Source: Mayamaea pseudoterrestris (lineage: Eukaryota). From it: a stretch of DNA of 64,000 nt. Shown here piece by piece: positions 10,006-23,800 of this stretch; position 1 is the first letter of the stretch; the number at the start of each line of letters is the position of its first letter. The notes beneath the pieces were generated by a model that saw nothing but the letters and a program-made list of their open reading frames with translations, had not been told where the DNA came from and did no database searches. A program made the translations under genes and the position numbers. Location: positions 62,001 to 126,000 of the forward strand of contig BROI01000031.1 in assembly GCA_027923505.1 (NCBI GenBank). Direction: 5' to 3'.

Positions 10006-13000
10006 TTTGAATAACTGAAACCATTGCTGAACCCAACCCAGGGTCATTTTACTGGAGGGTGTGAAGGTATACCATTGAATGGATTGCACATCCTGCATCC
10101 TTTATGCATGCCTAGCAACCGCAGAGACTCATATTGAAGCAGGCTGGCTCATGGCTATGGCTATTGAGTGTGTTTGTATTTGAATAACTGAAACCATTGC
10201 TGAACCCAACCCCGGTCATTTTACTGGAGGGTTTGAAGGTATACCATTGAATGGATTGCAAATCCTGCATCCTTTATGCATGCCTAGCAACCGCAGAGAC
10301 TCATATTGAAGCAGGCTGGCTCATGGCTATGGCTATTGAGTGTGTTTGTATTTGAATAGCTGAAACCATTGCTGAACCCAACCCCGGTCATTTTACTGGA
10401 GGGTTTGAAGGTATACCATTGAATGGATTGCACATCCTGCATCCTTTATGCATGCCTAGCAACCGCAGAGACTCATATTGAAGCAGGCTGGCTCATGGCT
10501 ATGGCTATTGAGTGTGTTTGTATTTGAATAGCTGAAACCATTGCTGACCAACCCTGGTCATTTTACTGGAGGGTTTGAAGGTATACCATGGAATGGATTG
10601 CACATCCTGCATCCTTTATGCATGCCTAGCAACCGCAGAGACTCATATTGAAGCAGGCTGGCTCATGGCTATGGCTATTGAGTGTGTTTGTATTTGAATA
10701 GCTGAAACCATTGCTGAACCCAACCCCGGTCATTTTACTGGAGGGTTTGAAGGTATACCATTGAATGGATTGCACATCCTGCATCCTTTATGCATGCCTA
10801 GCAACCGCAGAGACTCATATTGAAGCAGGCTGGCTCATGGCTATGGCTATTGAGTGTGTTTGTATTTGAATAGCTGAAACCATTGCTGAACCCAACCCCG
10901 GTCATTTTACTGGAGGGTGTGAAGGTATACCATTGAATGGATTGCACATCCTGCATCCTTTATGCATGCCTAGCAACCGCAGAGACTCATATTGAAGCAG
11001 GCTGGCTCATGGCTATGGCTATTGAGTGTGTTTGTATTTGAATAGCTGAAACCATTGCTGAACCCAACCCCGGTCATTTTACTGGAGGGTTTGAAGGTAT
11101 ACCATTGAATGGATTGCACATCCTGCATCCTTTATGCATGCCTAGCAACCGCAGAGACTCATATTGAAGCAGGCTGGCTCATGGCTATGGCTATTGAGTG
11201 TGTTTGTATTTGAATAACTGAAACCATTGCTGAACCCAACCCCGGTCATTATACTGGAGGGTTTGAAGGTATACCATTGAATGGATTGCAAATCCTGCAT
11301 CCTTTATGCATGCCTAGCAACCGCAGAGACTCATATTGAAGCAGGCTGGCTCATGGCTATGGCTTTTGAGTGTGTTTAGATTGGAGTAGCTGATACCATT
11401 GCTGCACCCAACCCCGGTCATTTTCCTGGAGGGTGTGAAGGTATACCATTGAATGGATTGCACATCCTGCATCCTTTATGCATGCCTAGCAACCGCAGAG
11501 ACTCATATTGAAGCAGGCTGGCTCATGGCTATGGCTATTGAGTGTGTTTGTATTTGAATAGCTGAAACCATTGCTGAACCCAACCCCGGTCATTTTACTG
11601 GAGGGTTTGAAGGTATACCATTGAATGGATTGCACATCCTGCATCCTTTATGCATGCCTAGCAACCGCAGAGACTCATATTGAAGCAGGCTGGCTCATGG
11701 CTATGGCTATTGAGTGTGTTTGTATTTGAATAACTGAAACCATTGCTGAACCCAACCCCGGTCATTTTACTGGAGGGTTTGAAGGTATACCATTGAATGG
11801 ATTGCACATCCTGCATCCTTTATGCATGCCTAGCAACCGCAGAGACTCATATTGAAGCAGGCTGGCTCATGGCTATGGCTATTGAGTGTGTTTGTATTTG
11901 AGTAGCTGAAACCATTGCTGAACCCAACCCCGGTCATTTTACTGGAGGGTGTGAAGGTATACCATTGAATGGATTGCACATCCTGCATCCTTTATGCATG
12001 CCTAGCAACCGCAGAGACTCATATTGAAGCAGGCTGGCTCATGGCTATGGCTATTGAGTGTGTTTGTATTTGAATAGCTGAAACCATTGCTGAACCCAAC
12101 CCCGGTCATTTTACTGGAGGGTTTGAAGGTATACCATTGAATGGATTGCACATCCTGCATCCTTTATGCATGCCTAGCAACCGCAGAGACTCATATTGAA
12201 GCAGGCTGGCTCATGGCTATGGCTATTGAGTGTGTTTGTATTTGAATAAGCGAAACCATTGCTGAACCCAACCCCGGTCATTTTACTGGAGGGTTTGAAG
12301 GTATACCATTGAATGGATTGCACATCCTGCATCCTTTATGCATGCCTAGCAACCGCAGAGACTCATATTGAAGCAGGCTGGCTCATGGCTATGGCTATTG
12401 AGTGTGTTTGTATTTGAATAGCTGAAACCATTGCTGAACCCAACCCCGGTCATTTTACTGGAGGGTTTGAAGGTATACCATTGAATGGATTGCACATCCT
12501 GCATCCTTTATGCATGCCTAGCAACCGCAGAGACTCATATTGAAGCAGGCTGGCTCATGGCTATGGCTATTGAGTGTGTTTGTATTTGAATAGCTGAAAC
12601 CATTGCTGAACCCAACCCCGGTCATTTTACTGGAGGGTGTGAAGGTATACCATTGAATGGATTGCACATCCTGCATCCTTTATGCATGCCTAGCAACCGC
12701 AGAGACTCATATTGAAGCAGGCTGGCTCATGGCTATGGCTATTGAGTGTGTTTGTATTTGAATAGCTGAAACCATTGCTGAACCCAACCCCGGTCATTTT
12801 ACTGGAGGGTTTGAAGGTATACCATTGAATGGATTGCACATCCTGCATCCTTTATGCATGCCTAGCAACCGCAGAGACTCATATTGAAGCAGGCTGGCTC
12901 ATGGCTATGGCTATTGAGTGTGTTTGTATTTGAATAGCTGAAACCATTGCTGAACCCAACCCCGGTCATTTTACTGGAGGGTGTGAAGGTATACCATTGA

Positions 13001-16000
13001 ATGGATTGCACATCCTGCATCCTTTATGCATGCCTAGCAACCGCAGAGACTCATATTGAAGCAGGCTGGCTCATGGCTATGGCTATTGAGTGTGTTTGTA
13101 TTTGAATAGCTGCAACCATTGCTGAACCCAACCCCGGTCATTTTACTGGAGGGTGTGAAGGTATACCATTGAATGGATTGCACATCCTGCATCCTTTATG
13201 CATGCCTAGCAACCGCAGAGACTCATATTGAAGCAGGCTGGCTCATGGCTATGGCTATTGAGTGTGTTTGTATTTGAATAGCTGAAACCATTGCTGAACC
13301 CAACCCCGGTCATTTTACTGGAGGGTGTGAAGGTATACCATTGAATGGATTGCACATCCTGCATCCTTTATGCATGCCTAGCAACCGCAGAGACTCATAT
13401 TGAAGCAGGCTGGCTCATGGCTATGGCTATTGAGTGTGTTTGTATTTGAATAGCTGAAACCATTGCTGAACCCAACCCCGGTCATTTTACTGGAGGGTTT
13501 GAAGGTATACCATTGAATGGATTGCACATCCTGCATCCTTTATGCATGCCTAGCAACCGCAGAGACTCATATTGAAGCAGGCTGGCTCATGGCTATGGCT
13601 ATTGAGTGTGTTTGTATTTGAATAGCTGAAACCATTGCTGAACCCAACCCCGGTCATTTTACTGGAGGGTTTGAAGGTATACCATTGAATGGATTGCACA
13701 TCCTGCATCCTTTATGCATGCCTAGCAACCGCAGAGACTCATATTGAAGCAGGCTGGCTCATGGCTATGGCTATTGAGTGTGTTTGTATTTGAATCGCTG
13801 AAACCATTGCTGAACACCAACCCCGGTCATTTTACTGGAGGGTTTGAAGGTATACCATTGAATGGATTGCACATCCTGCATCCTTTATGCATGCCTAGCA
13901 ACCGCAGAGACTCATATTGAAGCAGGCTGGCTCATGGCTATGGCTATTGAGTGTGTTTGTATTTGAGTAGCTGGACCCATTGCTAAACCCAACCCCGGTC
14001 ATTTTACTGGAGGGTGTGAAGGTATACCATTGAATGGATTGCACATCCTGCATCCTTTATGCATGCCTAGCAACCGCAGAGACTCATATTGAAGCAGGCT
14101 GGCTCATGGCTATGGCTATTGAGTGTGTTTATATTTGAGTAGCTGAAACTATTGCTGATCCTAACCCCGGTCATTTTACTGGAGAATTTTGAAGGTAAAC
14201 CATTGAATAGATCGCACATCCTGCATCCTTTATGCATGCCTAGCAACCGCAGAGACTCATATTGAAGCAGGCTGGCTCATGGCTATGGCTATTGAGTGTG
14301 TTTGTATTTGAATAGCTGAAACCATTGCTGAACCCAACCCCGGTCATTTTCCTGGAGGGTGTGAAGGTATACCATTGAATGGATTGCACATCCTGCATCC
14401 TTTATGCATGCCTAGCAACCGCAGAGACTCATATTGAAGCAGGCTGGCTCATGGCTATGGCTATTGAGTGTGTTTGTATTTGAGTAGCTGCACATCCTGC
14501 ATCCTTTATGCATGCCTAGCAACCGCAGAGACTCATATTGAAGCAGGCTGGCTCATGGCTATGGCTATTGAGTGTGTTTGTATTTGAATAGCTGAAACCA
14601 TTGCTGAACCCAACCCCGGTCATTTTACTGGAGGGTGTGAAGGTATACCATTGAATGGATTGCACATCCTGCATCCTTTATGCATGCCTAGCAACCGCAG
14701 AGACTCATATTGAAGCAGGCTGGCTCATGGCTATGGCTATTGAGTGTGTTTGTATTTGAATAGCTGAAACCATTGCTGAACCCAACCCCGGTCATTTTAC
14801 TGGAGGGTTTGAAGGTATACCATTGAATGGATTGCACATCCTGCATCCTTTATGCATGCCTAGCAACCGCAGAGACTCATATTGAAGCAGGCTGGCTCAT
14901 GGCTATGGCTATTGAGTGTGTTTGTATTTGAATAGCTGAAACCATTGCTGAACCCAACCCCGGTCATTTTACTGGAGGGTTTGAAGGTATACCATTGAAT
15001 GGATTGCACATCCTGCATCCTTTATGCATGCCTAGCAACCGCAGAGACTCATATTGAAGCAGGCTGGCTCATGGCTATGGCTATTGAGTGTGTTTGTATT
15101 TGAATCGCTGAAACCATTGCTGAACACCAACCCCGGTCATTTTACTGGAGGGTTTGAAGGTATACCATTGAATGGATTGCACATCCTGCATCCTTTATGC
15201 ATGCCTAGCAACCGCAGAGACTCATATTGAAGCAGGCTGGCTCATGGCTATGGCTATTGAGTGTGTTTGTATTTGAGTAGCTGGACCCATTGCTAAACCC
15301 AACCCCGGTCATTTTACTGGAGGGTGTGAAGGTATACCATTGAATGGATTGCACATCCTGCATCCTTTATGCATGCCTAGCAACCGCAGAGACTCATATT
15401 GAAGCAGGCTGGCTCATGGCTATGGCTATTGAGTGTGTTTATATTTGAGTAGCTGAAACTATTGCTGAACCCAACCCCGGTCATTTTACTGGAGAATTTT
15501 GAAGGTAAACCATTGAATAGATCGCACATCCTGCATCCTTTATGCATGCCTAGCAACCGCAGAGACTCATATTGAAGCAGGCTGGCTCATGGCTATGGCT
15601 ATTGAGTGTGTTTGTATTTGAATAGCTGAAACCATTGCTGAACCCAACCCCGGTCATTTTCCTGGAGGGTGTGAAGGTATACCATTGAATGGATTGCACA
15701 TCCTGCATCCTTTATGCATGCCTAGCAACCGCAGAGACTCATATTGAAGCAGGCTGGCTCATGGCTATGGCTATTGAGTGTGTTTGTATTTGAGTAGCTG
15801 CACCGTTTCATAACCCAACCCCAGTCATTTTACTAAAGGGTGTGAAGGTATACCATTGAATGGATTGCACATCCTGCATCCTTCATGCATGCCTAGCAAC
15901 CGCAGAGACTCATATTGAAGCAGGCTGGCTCATGGCTATGGCTATTGAGTGTGTTTGTATTTGAATAGCTGAAACCATTGCTGAACCCAACCCCGGTCAT

Positions 16001-18173
16001 TTTACTGGAGGGTTTGAAGGTATACCATTGAATGGATTGCACATCCTGCATCCTTTATGCATGCCTAGCAACCGCAGAGACTCATATTGAAGCAGGCTGG
16101 CTCATGGCTATGGCTATTGAGTGTGTTTGTATTTGAATAGCTGAAACCATTGCTGAACCCAACCCCGGTCATTTTACTGGAGGGTTTGAAGGTATACCAT
16201 TGAATGGATTGCACATCCTGCATCCTTTATGCATGCCTAGCAACCGCAGAGACTCATATTGAAGCAGGCTGGCTCATGGCTATGGCTATTGAGTGTGTTT
16301 GTATTTGAATAACTGAAACCATTGCTGAACCCAACCCCGGTCATTTTACTGGAGGGTTTGAAGGTATACCATTGAATGGATTGCACATCCTGCATCCTTT
16401 ATGCATGCCTAGCAACCGCAGAGACTCAACATGCAGCAGGATGGTTGCACAACTACTCCTAGCAACCGCAGAGACTCATATTGAAGCAGGCTGCCTCATG
16501 GCTAGGGCTATTGAGTGTGTTTGTATTTGAACAGCTCAACCATTGCTGAACCCAACCCCGGTCATTTTACTGGAGGGTGTGAAGGTATATCATTGAATGG
16601 TTTGCACATCCTGCATCCTTTATGCATGCCTAGCAACCGCAGAGACTCATATTGAAGCAGGCTGGCTCATGGCTATGGCTTTTGAGTGTGTTTGTATTGG
16701 AGTAGCTGGACCCATGCCAAACCCAACCCCGGTCATTTTCCTGGAGGGTCTGTAGGTATAAATTTGAATGGATTGCACATCCTACATCTATAGTTCATGC
16801 CTAGCAACCGCAGAGACTCATATTGAAGCAGGCTGGCTCATGGCTATGGCTATTGAGTGTGTTTGTATTTGAATAGCTGAAACCATTGCTGAACCCAACC
16901 CTGGTCATTTTACTGGAGGGTGTGAAGGTATACCATTGAATGGATTGCACATCCTGCATCCTTTATGCATGCCTAGCAACCGCAGAGACTCATATTGAAG
17001 CAGGCTGGCTCATGGCTAAGGCTATTGAGTGTGTTTGTATTTGAACAGCTCAACCATTGCTGAACCCAACCCCGGTCATTTTACTGGAGGGTGTGAAGGT
17101 ATACCATTGAATGGATTGCACATCCTGCATCCTTTATGCATGCCTAGCAACCGCAGAGACTCATATTGAAGCAGGCTGGCTCATGGCTATGGCTATTGAG
17201 TGTGTTTGTATTTGAATAGCTGAAACCATTGCTGAACCCAACCCCGGTCATTTTACTGGAGGGTTTGAAGGTATACCATTGAATGGATTGCACATCCTGC
17301 ATCCTTTACGCATGCCTAGCAACCGCAGAGACTCATATTGAAGCAGGCTGGCTCATGGCTATGGCTATTAAGTGTGTGTTTGTATTTGAACAGCTGATAC
17401 CATTGCTGAACCCAACCCCAGTCATTTTACTGGAGGGTCTGTAGGTATACATTTGAATGGATTGCACATCCTGCATCCTTTATGCATGGCTAGCAACCGC
17501 AGAGACTCATATTGAAGCAGGCTGCCTCATGGCTAGGGCTATTGAGTGTGTTAGTATTTTAACAGCTCAACCATTGCTGAACCCAACCCGGTCATATTAC
17601 TGGAGGGTGTGAAGGTATACCATTGATTGGATTGCACATCCTGCATCTTTTAGCCATGCCGAGCAACCGCAGAGACTTATATTGAAGCAGGCTGGCTCAT
17701 GGCTATGGCTTTTGAGTGTGTTTGTATCTAAATAGCTGAAACCATTGCTGAACCCAACCCCAGTCATTTTACTGGAGGGTTTGAAGGTATATCATTGAAT
17801 GGAATGCACATCCTGCATCCTTTATGCATGCCTAGTAACCGCAGAGACTCATATTGAAGCTGGCTGGCACATGGCTATAGCTATTGAGTGTGTTTGTATT
17901 GAATAGCTGGACCCATGCCGAACCCCACCCCGGTCATTTTACTGGAGGGTTTGAAGGTATACCATTGAATGGATTGCACATCCTGCATCCTTGATGCATG
18001 ACTAGCAACCACAGACTCATATTGAAGCTGGCTGGCACATGGATATGGCTAGGGTGTGAAGGTATACCATTGAATGGATTGCACATCCTGCATCCTTTAT
18101 GCATGCCTAGCAACCGCAGAGACTCATATTGAAGCAGGCTGGCTCATGGCTATGGCTATTTAGTGTGTTTGTA
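10006..18173. repeat. Tandem satellite array, 172-bp monomer, ~47 copies, ~45% GC
   Basis: The monomer TGAATAGCTGAAACCATTGCTGAACCCAACCCCGG...GGCTATTGAGTGTGTTTGTATT recurs at 172-bp spacing (e.g. 10181/10353 and 10695/10867). There are no unique spacers, and the ORF track shows nothing inside the array. Confidence 0.99.
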
Positions 18174-18354
18174 CTTTTTCGACGTCACGCGTGTCTTCGA
18201 GGGGTCAGCATAGTTACTCTCCCAAATACCATCTATATCACAGTTAACATAGTTCAAATGACCTGAATCATCATCAACCACTATAATTTGATCATTATAA
18301 TCAAGAAATATCGAAAACGACCAAGATCCCGCCAAGTTACAGCATAGGCTCATT

Positions 18355-20856
18355 TTGCCCGACGACAACCCGACGAAGGACAAACCTCACGTAGGAACTG
18401 TACCACGAAAAACTGACACCGGCGCACCTTCACCTCTCGTTTCACTTTTCTTCGGCCGACCGATCAACAGTATAACCAACAGCAATTACTCTCTCTACAG
18501 TATCTTCAAAGCAACCAAAGCCACCTTCCAGAAAACTATGAAACCTCCCACCTGCAATGCAATTCCTCCGGGTTTCCGACGCCGCCCGCCGACAACGCGC
18601 CCGACAACTCTGCTGCAGCAGCTGTCAATCCAACCACGACTAGACGTGTTACTCTTGCGGAGAACCAGCCGACTACTCACTCGCGCCGTGTGCATTCCGT
18701 CCAATATCATCACTGCAGATCGCTCCAAGTGGAAGGACCTACACACCAAGTATTTCCACGAACCAAGCAACCCGATGTACGCTTCCACGACTTGGTTTCG
18801 CGTCCACATCGGCTACGACATGCCAACTTCAAGCCAGTATTACGATCCACATGTACTAGCGGCAAAGATTTACAAACACTTTGCGGCGGATGTGGCTCAG
18901 GATATGCGCGTGGAGTACAAGATTAGCGCGGACGTCCTACAAACCGAATACACTGTCAAAGTCGGCTACTTTCAAAACTTTCCGGTGGACTTGGACTTCG
19001 ATCTCGCCCGGGCAAACAAGGAAACAAGCGAACATATCGGCATTCCAGTCAATATTTTTCAAGCCAATCTTGGTTTCGTTGCCGAGTCCGACAAGAAACT
19101 GATTCTGAGCGCTCGTCAGAAAACAAAGGGATCGAAGTACGAAGCGATACGAGCCTATCACATCGAGGTGGAAAGCCATGACGCGCGGACGGCGACTGAC
19201 AAACTACTCGCGAAATTTCCGAACAGTATTGAACCGGGTGTGATTTATCCTGCTGGCCTGCGAGCGTCTATCGTGCCCATTCAGGCAGCAGAGGTATCGA
19301 CGGAACCCATGCGTCGCGGTTTGTGTGAGTTACACCGTTCCAGCCTTTTGCAATTCCAACGCACGGATATTATGCATGGTGTTGAAGACATTACTCGGCC
19401 GCTCCTTCAAGGACGAGATTTCTTCACACTCCAGCGCATTTTCGAGGACATCGCCGCGGATGATCCAGTTGCAACAGGCCGGCTTTACTTGTTTGAGCAA
19501 GTCAACCAGATCAGCCCAAAACAAGTTCGAGGAGTCTTTCATGTCAGCAATCTGGAAAAGATAGAAGCAACAGTTCCGTACCTTTACGCCCTTGTCCGGC
19601 AGTTCGCACCCATGCTTCTTCGACGATTCAATCTCACGGAGGAAGATACAGCCGACTTTTATACGCGCCTCCAAGAGTGTTTCTCGCAAAGCTACATTGA
19701 CTCAAAAGAGAGAGTGGTGTTTGATGAAGATAGAGGCGTCTTTACGTCACCAGACGATACAGCAATTGCTGCTATTTACGCCGCCTATGGACTTGCAGGC
19801 GGTGAACAAGACGAGGACCAATCAATAGGCGGGCGATCCGGCCATGACATCAGTCGTCTCAATCTTGGCACACGCATGGAGATACCAATTGCCCGCGCGA
19901 GAAACCAGTTTAGCAGCGGCGGCTCAACCACATCCTCAGTTACATGTATGACGGATCAGTCTCTGGGGATGCTGTCAACAACGTCCGCCGCCACCAAGCT
20001 TCGACTAGCGCAGGCAGAATCTGAGAACAGACGGCTCAAAGAGATGAATGATGAACTCCAAGCGAGTCATCGCACACACGAGAATCAAATGGCCGAGATG
20101 CTGCAGCGCATGTACGCCCTTGAAAGCAGAATCACGGAGCCGCCTACTGGCCAAGACCACACGACGGAGGGATCCACACCAACAAACACAGATGCAGCGG
20201 CCGCACCGGCCATGTTACAGACTCCACTTCAAGACCACCAGTCTCCTATGGAACTTACAGAGACAGAATGGATTCGTCGAGACAATCTTAGTCGTGTCGC
20301 GCTAGAGCCAGATGAATTTAATCTTGACGATGACGACGCGGACGACCCGATGATGGATCGCAAACGCCGCGCAGTTGAAAGCCCAGCAGCAAGCTCCAAC
20401 GCTCCACCACGGCGTTCTTGTCTGAAAAGACATGCAGGAGAAGCAGCGTCCGCAGCGCCTTCAGCAACAATGGAGACCGAGACCTTGCAGTCGCCACAAA
20501 TCCCCATGCAACAGCCGACACCTCCAAGCCGCTTATCATCACACAGAAGCCTTACTACAGACCCTGGCAGGCGATTATACGAAAAGGCACAAGCAACGGA
20601 GCGCGCTCGCCTCAGTGCCAAAGAGCGGGCGCAAGAACGAGAGCTGTTAACCACCGGCGCCGCGCCAAACACGTTTGCAGCACGCCGCTCCGGAGGCCCA
20701 CCGACCATTAGTGCCCAAGCACATTCAACTACACAAACAATCGACATAACTACCAATGACTCATCCGATTCATCCACCGCGAGCAACGACTCGGCGGCAT
20801 CATTACATTCAGCATCGGCTGGACCTCGAAGCAAGGGGCCAGCCCAGGGCCGTTAG
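18355..20856 (+). CDS. ORF1 protein of the non-LTR element (coiled coil, low-complexity C-terminus)
   Basis: 833-codon ORF (first ATG ~18538) directly upstream of APE-RT. Coiled-coil segment RLAQAESENRRLKEMNDELQ...MLQRMYALE. Confidence 0.8.
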   Translation: MPDDNPTKDKPHVGTVPRKTDTGAPSPLVSLFFGRPINSITNSNYSLYSIFKATKATFQKTMKPPTCNAIPPGFRRRPPTTRPTTLLQQLSIQPRLDVLLLRRTSRLLTRAVCIPSNIITADRSKWKDLHTKYFHEPSNPMYASTTWFRVHIGYDMPTSSQYYDPHVLAAKIYKHFAADVAQDMRVEYKISADVLQTEYTVKVGYFQNFPVDLDFDLARANKETSEHIGIPVNIFQANLGFVAESDKKLILSARQKTKGSKYEAIRAYHIEVESHDARTATDKLLAKFPNSIEPGVIYPAGLRASIVPIQAAEVSTEPMRRGLCELHRSSLLQFQRTDIMHGVEDITRPLLQGRDFFTLQRIFEDIAADDPVATGRLYLFEQVNQISPKQVRGVFHVSNLEKIEATVPYLYALVRQFAPMLLRRFNLTEEDTADFYTRLQECFSQSYIDSKERVVFDEDRGVFTSPDDTAIAAIYAAYGLAGGEQDEDQSIGGRSGHDISRLNLGTRMEIPIARARNQFSSGGSTTSSVTCMTDQSLGMLSTTSAATKLRLAQAESENRRLKEMNDELQASHRTHENQMAEMLQRMYALESRITEPPTGQDHTTEGSTPTNTDAAAAPAMLQTPLQDHQSPMELTETEWIRRDNLSRVALEPDEFNLDDDDADDPMMDRKRRAVESPAASSNAPPRRSCLKRHAGEAASAAPSATMETETLQSPQIPMQQPTPPSRLSSHRSLTTDPGRRLYEKAQATERARLSAKERAQERELLTTGAAPNTFAARRSGGPPTISAQAHSTTQTIDITTNDSSDSSTASNDSAASLHSASAGPRSKGPAQGR

Positions 20857-20893
20857 ACCTCAAGGCACGGGAAGAAGTGGATGACCTTCCCGG

Positions 20894-23800
20894 ATGCCTT
20901 CTGTAAGTCCCTCCTCTCAGGCGGAAGGAGGAGTATTTGGACATGCGCTGCAGGAACCAGCAAGCAATCATGTCCGCCTGCTGTTCGTCAATATCGGAGG
21001 ATTAACAGCGCAACCTGGATGCAGCTCGGCCAGATCATGCGGCCAGTGCAAAGACTGCCTTGTACGTAGCTTAGTCAATAAAAATCGTATAGATGTTCTG
21101 GGTTTATCTGAAGTTAATGTCAATTGGCGACAAGTCCCTACTCATCAAAGACTGCACGAACGAACAAGAGGCTGGTTCGAAGCTTGCAGGGTGACGTCTT
21201 CGTATCATGGCGGATATAAAGGACATTCGGCTACTCGACTGTGGGGCGGTACTACCCTTTGGAGTATAAACAAAATGGCTATGCGGGTCGACTCAACTGC
21301 AACCTTGAACGACAAGCTCGGCAGATGGAGTGGACATAGCCACCGGGGACGAAACGGAGCAACGCTAGTGACCTTGGTTGCTTATCGCCCGGTTCTTAAC
21401 AAGTCGGGAGTGGAATCGGTCTGGAGTCAACAATGGGCACACTTCACTCAACTCGGTGATCACGAGGCAGATCCCATTGCAACATTTGACGCAGATCTTG
21501 TGTCGCTCCTTCAAAATCTTCTTGAACAAGGAAAGCACGTGGTTCTTGGAATCGACGCAAATGAGGATTTGGTGGGCGCGTCGACTGGCTTTCGAAGTAA
21601 GCTTGAGTCCATTGGTTTAACGGAAACAATCATGGCTCAACACGGGCCAGGACCACCGACAATGATTCGCGGCAGCACAAAAATTGATGGACTGTTTGTC
21701 TCCTCGGCTTTACACAATCTAAAGTGCGGATATATCGGCTGGGTTGCGGATCATACCGGTTTGTACATTGACGTTCCCATGCATGTGGCGTTGGGGCACT
21801 CCATTCCCCCAATAACTCGCCCAACAATGCGACGTCTTAAACTTGATGACCCGCAGGTGGTCGGCCGGTTCCTCGCTCGGTACCAAGAGCTATTATTGAA
21901 GGATAAATTACCAGAAAGGTTACTCCGCCTGTGGGAGCGTTCAGAACAAAGGTATGATCCAACTTCGGTGGCCGACAGCCTCTCTCCAACCAACCGACAA
22001 TCCTTCACAGCCATTGATGGCCGCTGCACTGCTCACATGCTGGCGGCTGAACGGACATGCAGGAAGCTATACACAGGTGCAGTACCGTGGTCTCCAGCGT
22101 TTCAAGACATGCAACGGCGTTTCCATCTGATACAATCCATCCTTCGATACCGTCAAGGTAAATCAATTTCAATGCAAACGCTTCGACGATTGGCCAAACG
22201 CATCCACCAGCAGCGTATACTGGATTGGACAACATAAAAACTCAAACGAGAGATGACAAAGCTGCGCCATGATATAGACCATTTTAAGCAAGAGCTAGCA
22301 AACGAGGCCCGGAAGACACATAACGAGCGACTGGTTGCAAGCATAGCGGCGGCAACAGGCACTGATTCAACCAAAGTATTACAAGCCATTATACGCAGGG
22401 AAGAGAGCAGATCCAATGCCAGAGCAATTCGATCCGCACTAAAGGACCCGTTTAATGGAGCCGTCTCAATGGTGCAGTCGACTGATAGCACAGGCGCTGT
22501 GCACACATGGACAACCAAAAAGGAAATGGAGGATGCAATTCGCATTGAGTGCGAAGCCCGCTTTCGTCAAGCCTCCACCACTGACTTCCTCACGGACCCA
22601 CTGTACTCAAAGGTTGGCCCTCTTGGAGTGACACCATTTTGTGATAGAACTCTGGCGGGGCGCCTGACGGCCGACGACCTGAGTGGGGTATCAGAGTACG
22701 CAAGGAAACTATTGTTTCGATTGCAGCGCCCACAGGAAATGATTGACAAGTACATACAGGTAATCCCAGACCTGGAAACTTTTCAGTACCGTTGGCGGCG
22801 TATGAAGGCACAGACGGCATCATACCCTGGACGACACTTTGGCCACATTATGGCAAGCGTGGCGGATGACAAATTAGCGGAGTTTCATCGGCAACTAGAG
22901 TTTCTTCCAATGCTCACTGGCGTACCGCCGCCGTCCTGGCGCAAGGTGATCGACGTGATGATAGAGAAGAAAGCAGGCAATTTCCAAGTGGAGAAACTAC
23001 GAGCCATCTGTCTCTTCGACTGTATTGCTAATCACAGCTTCAAACAACTTGGTCGCTGTATGATGGCAGAGGCGGAACGCTCTAAGTTGTTAGCAAAAGA
23101 GCAGGGAGGCTCCCGCCGAGGATACCGGGCAAGCTACATTGGCCTTGAGAAGCGAATGTCCTTTGATCTTTCTCGGCAACTCCGCCAAGCAATGGCTCTG
23201 TGCTCCAATGATGCCCGCGCTTGTTATGACCGGATTGTTCATGCAGCGGCATCGCTCAGCCTTCAACGCGTTGGCGTCCCAAAACCGGCAATTGTCTGCA
23301 TGTTCACCACCATTCAGACACTGGAACACCACATACGCACAGTCTTTGGCGACTCAGACACTTACTTTGGCGGTGATGATCAGGATGGACTGTTTGCCGT
23401 TCCAGTGTCAACTATTGGCCAAGGAAATGGAGCAGCGCCGCACATCTGGGCTCTCGTCTCTACACCGATACTGGATATGCTACGTGCCGAGGGCCTCGGA
23501 ATGTCATTCCGCTGTACTCTGTCAGCGGAAACGGTGAATTTTGTAGGCTATTCATTCGTCGATGACACAGACCTCGGCGTTTGCGGTTCGCATCTGCCTA
23601 CAGCCCAGGCAGTCGTCTCGCATATGCAACTGGCGATGGATCACTGGGAAGGCGGATTACGCGCGACAGGAGGAGCAATTGCACCAGAGAAAACCTTTTG
23701 GTATCTAATGGATTACCAATGGAAGCAAGGTCAATGGTCATACCGTGACGAACGCCTCAGCCCGGCGTCCATCACTGTCCAAGATATGAAAGGGATCCGA

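Noticed and set aside
10020..10070. Telomere-like motifs (AACCCAACCCC, GAGGGTTTG) in the monomer
   Set aside because: Too short and degenerate, with no tandem telomeric repeat, and genes flank the region on both sides.
10006..18173. CRISPR array, or tandem 5S/tRNA/snRNA/spliced-leader genes
   Set aside because: There are no unique spacers and no cas genes. I could not recognise 5S, tRNA box B or snRNA sequence on either strand of the monomer, though an Infernal search is still worthwhile.
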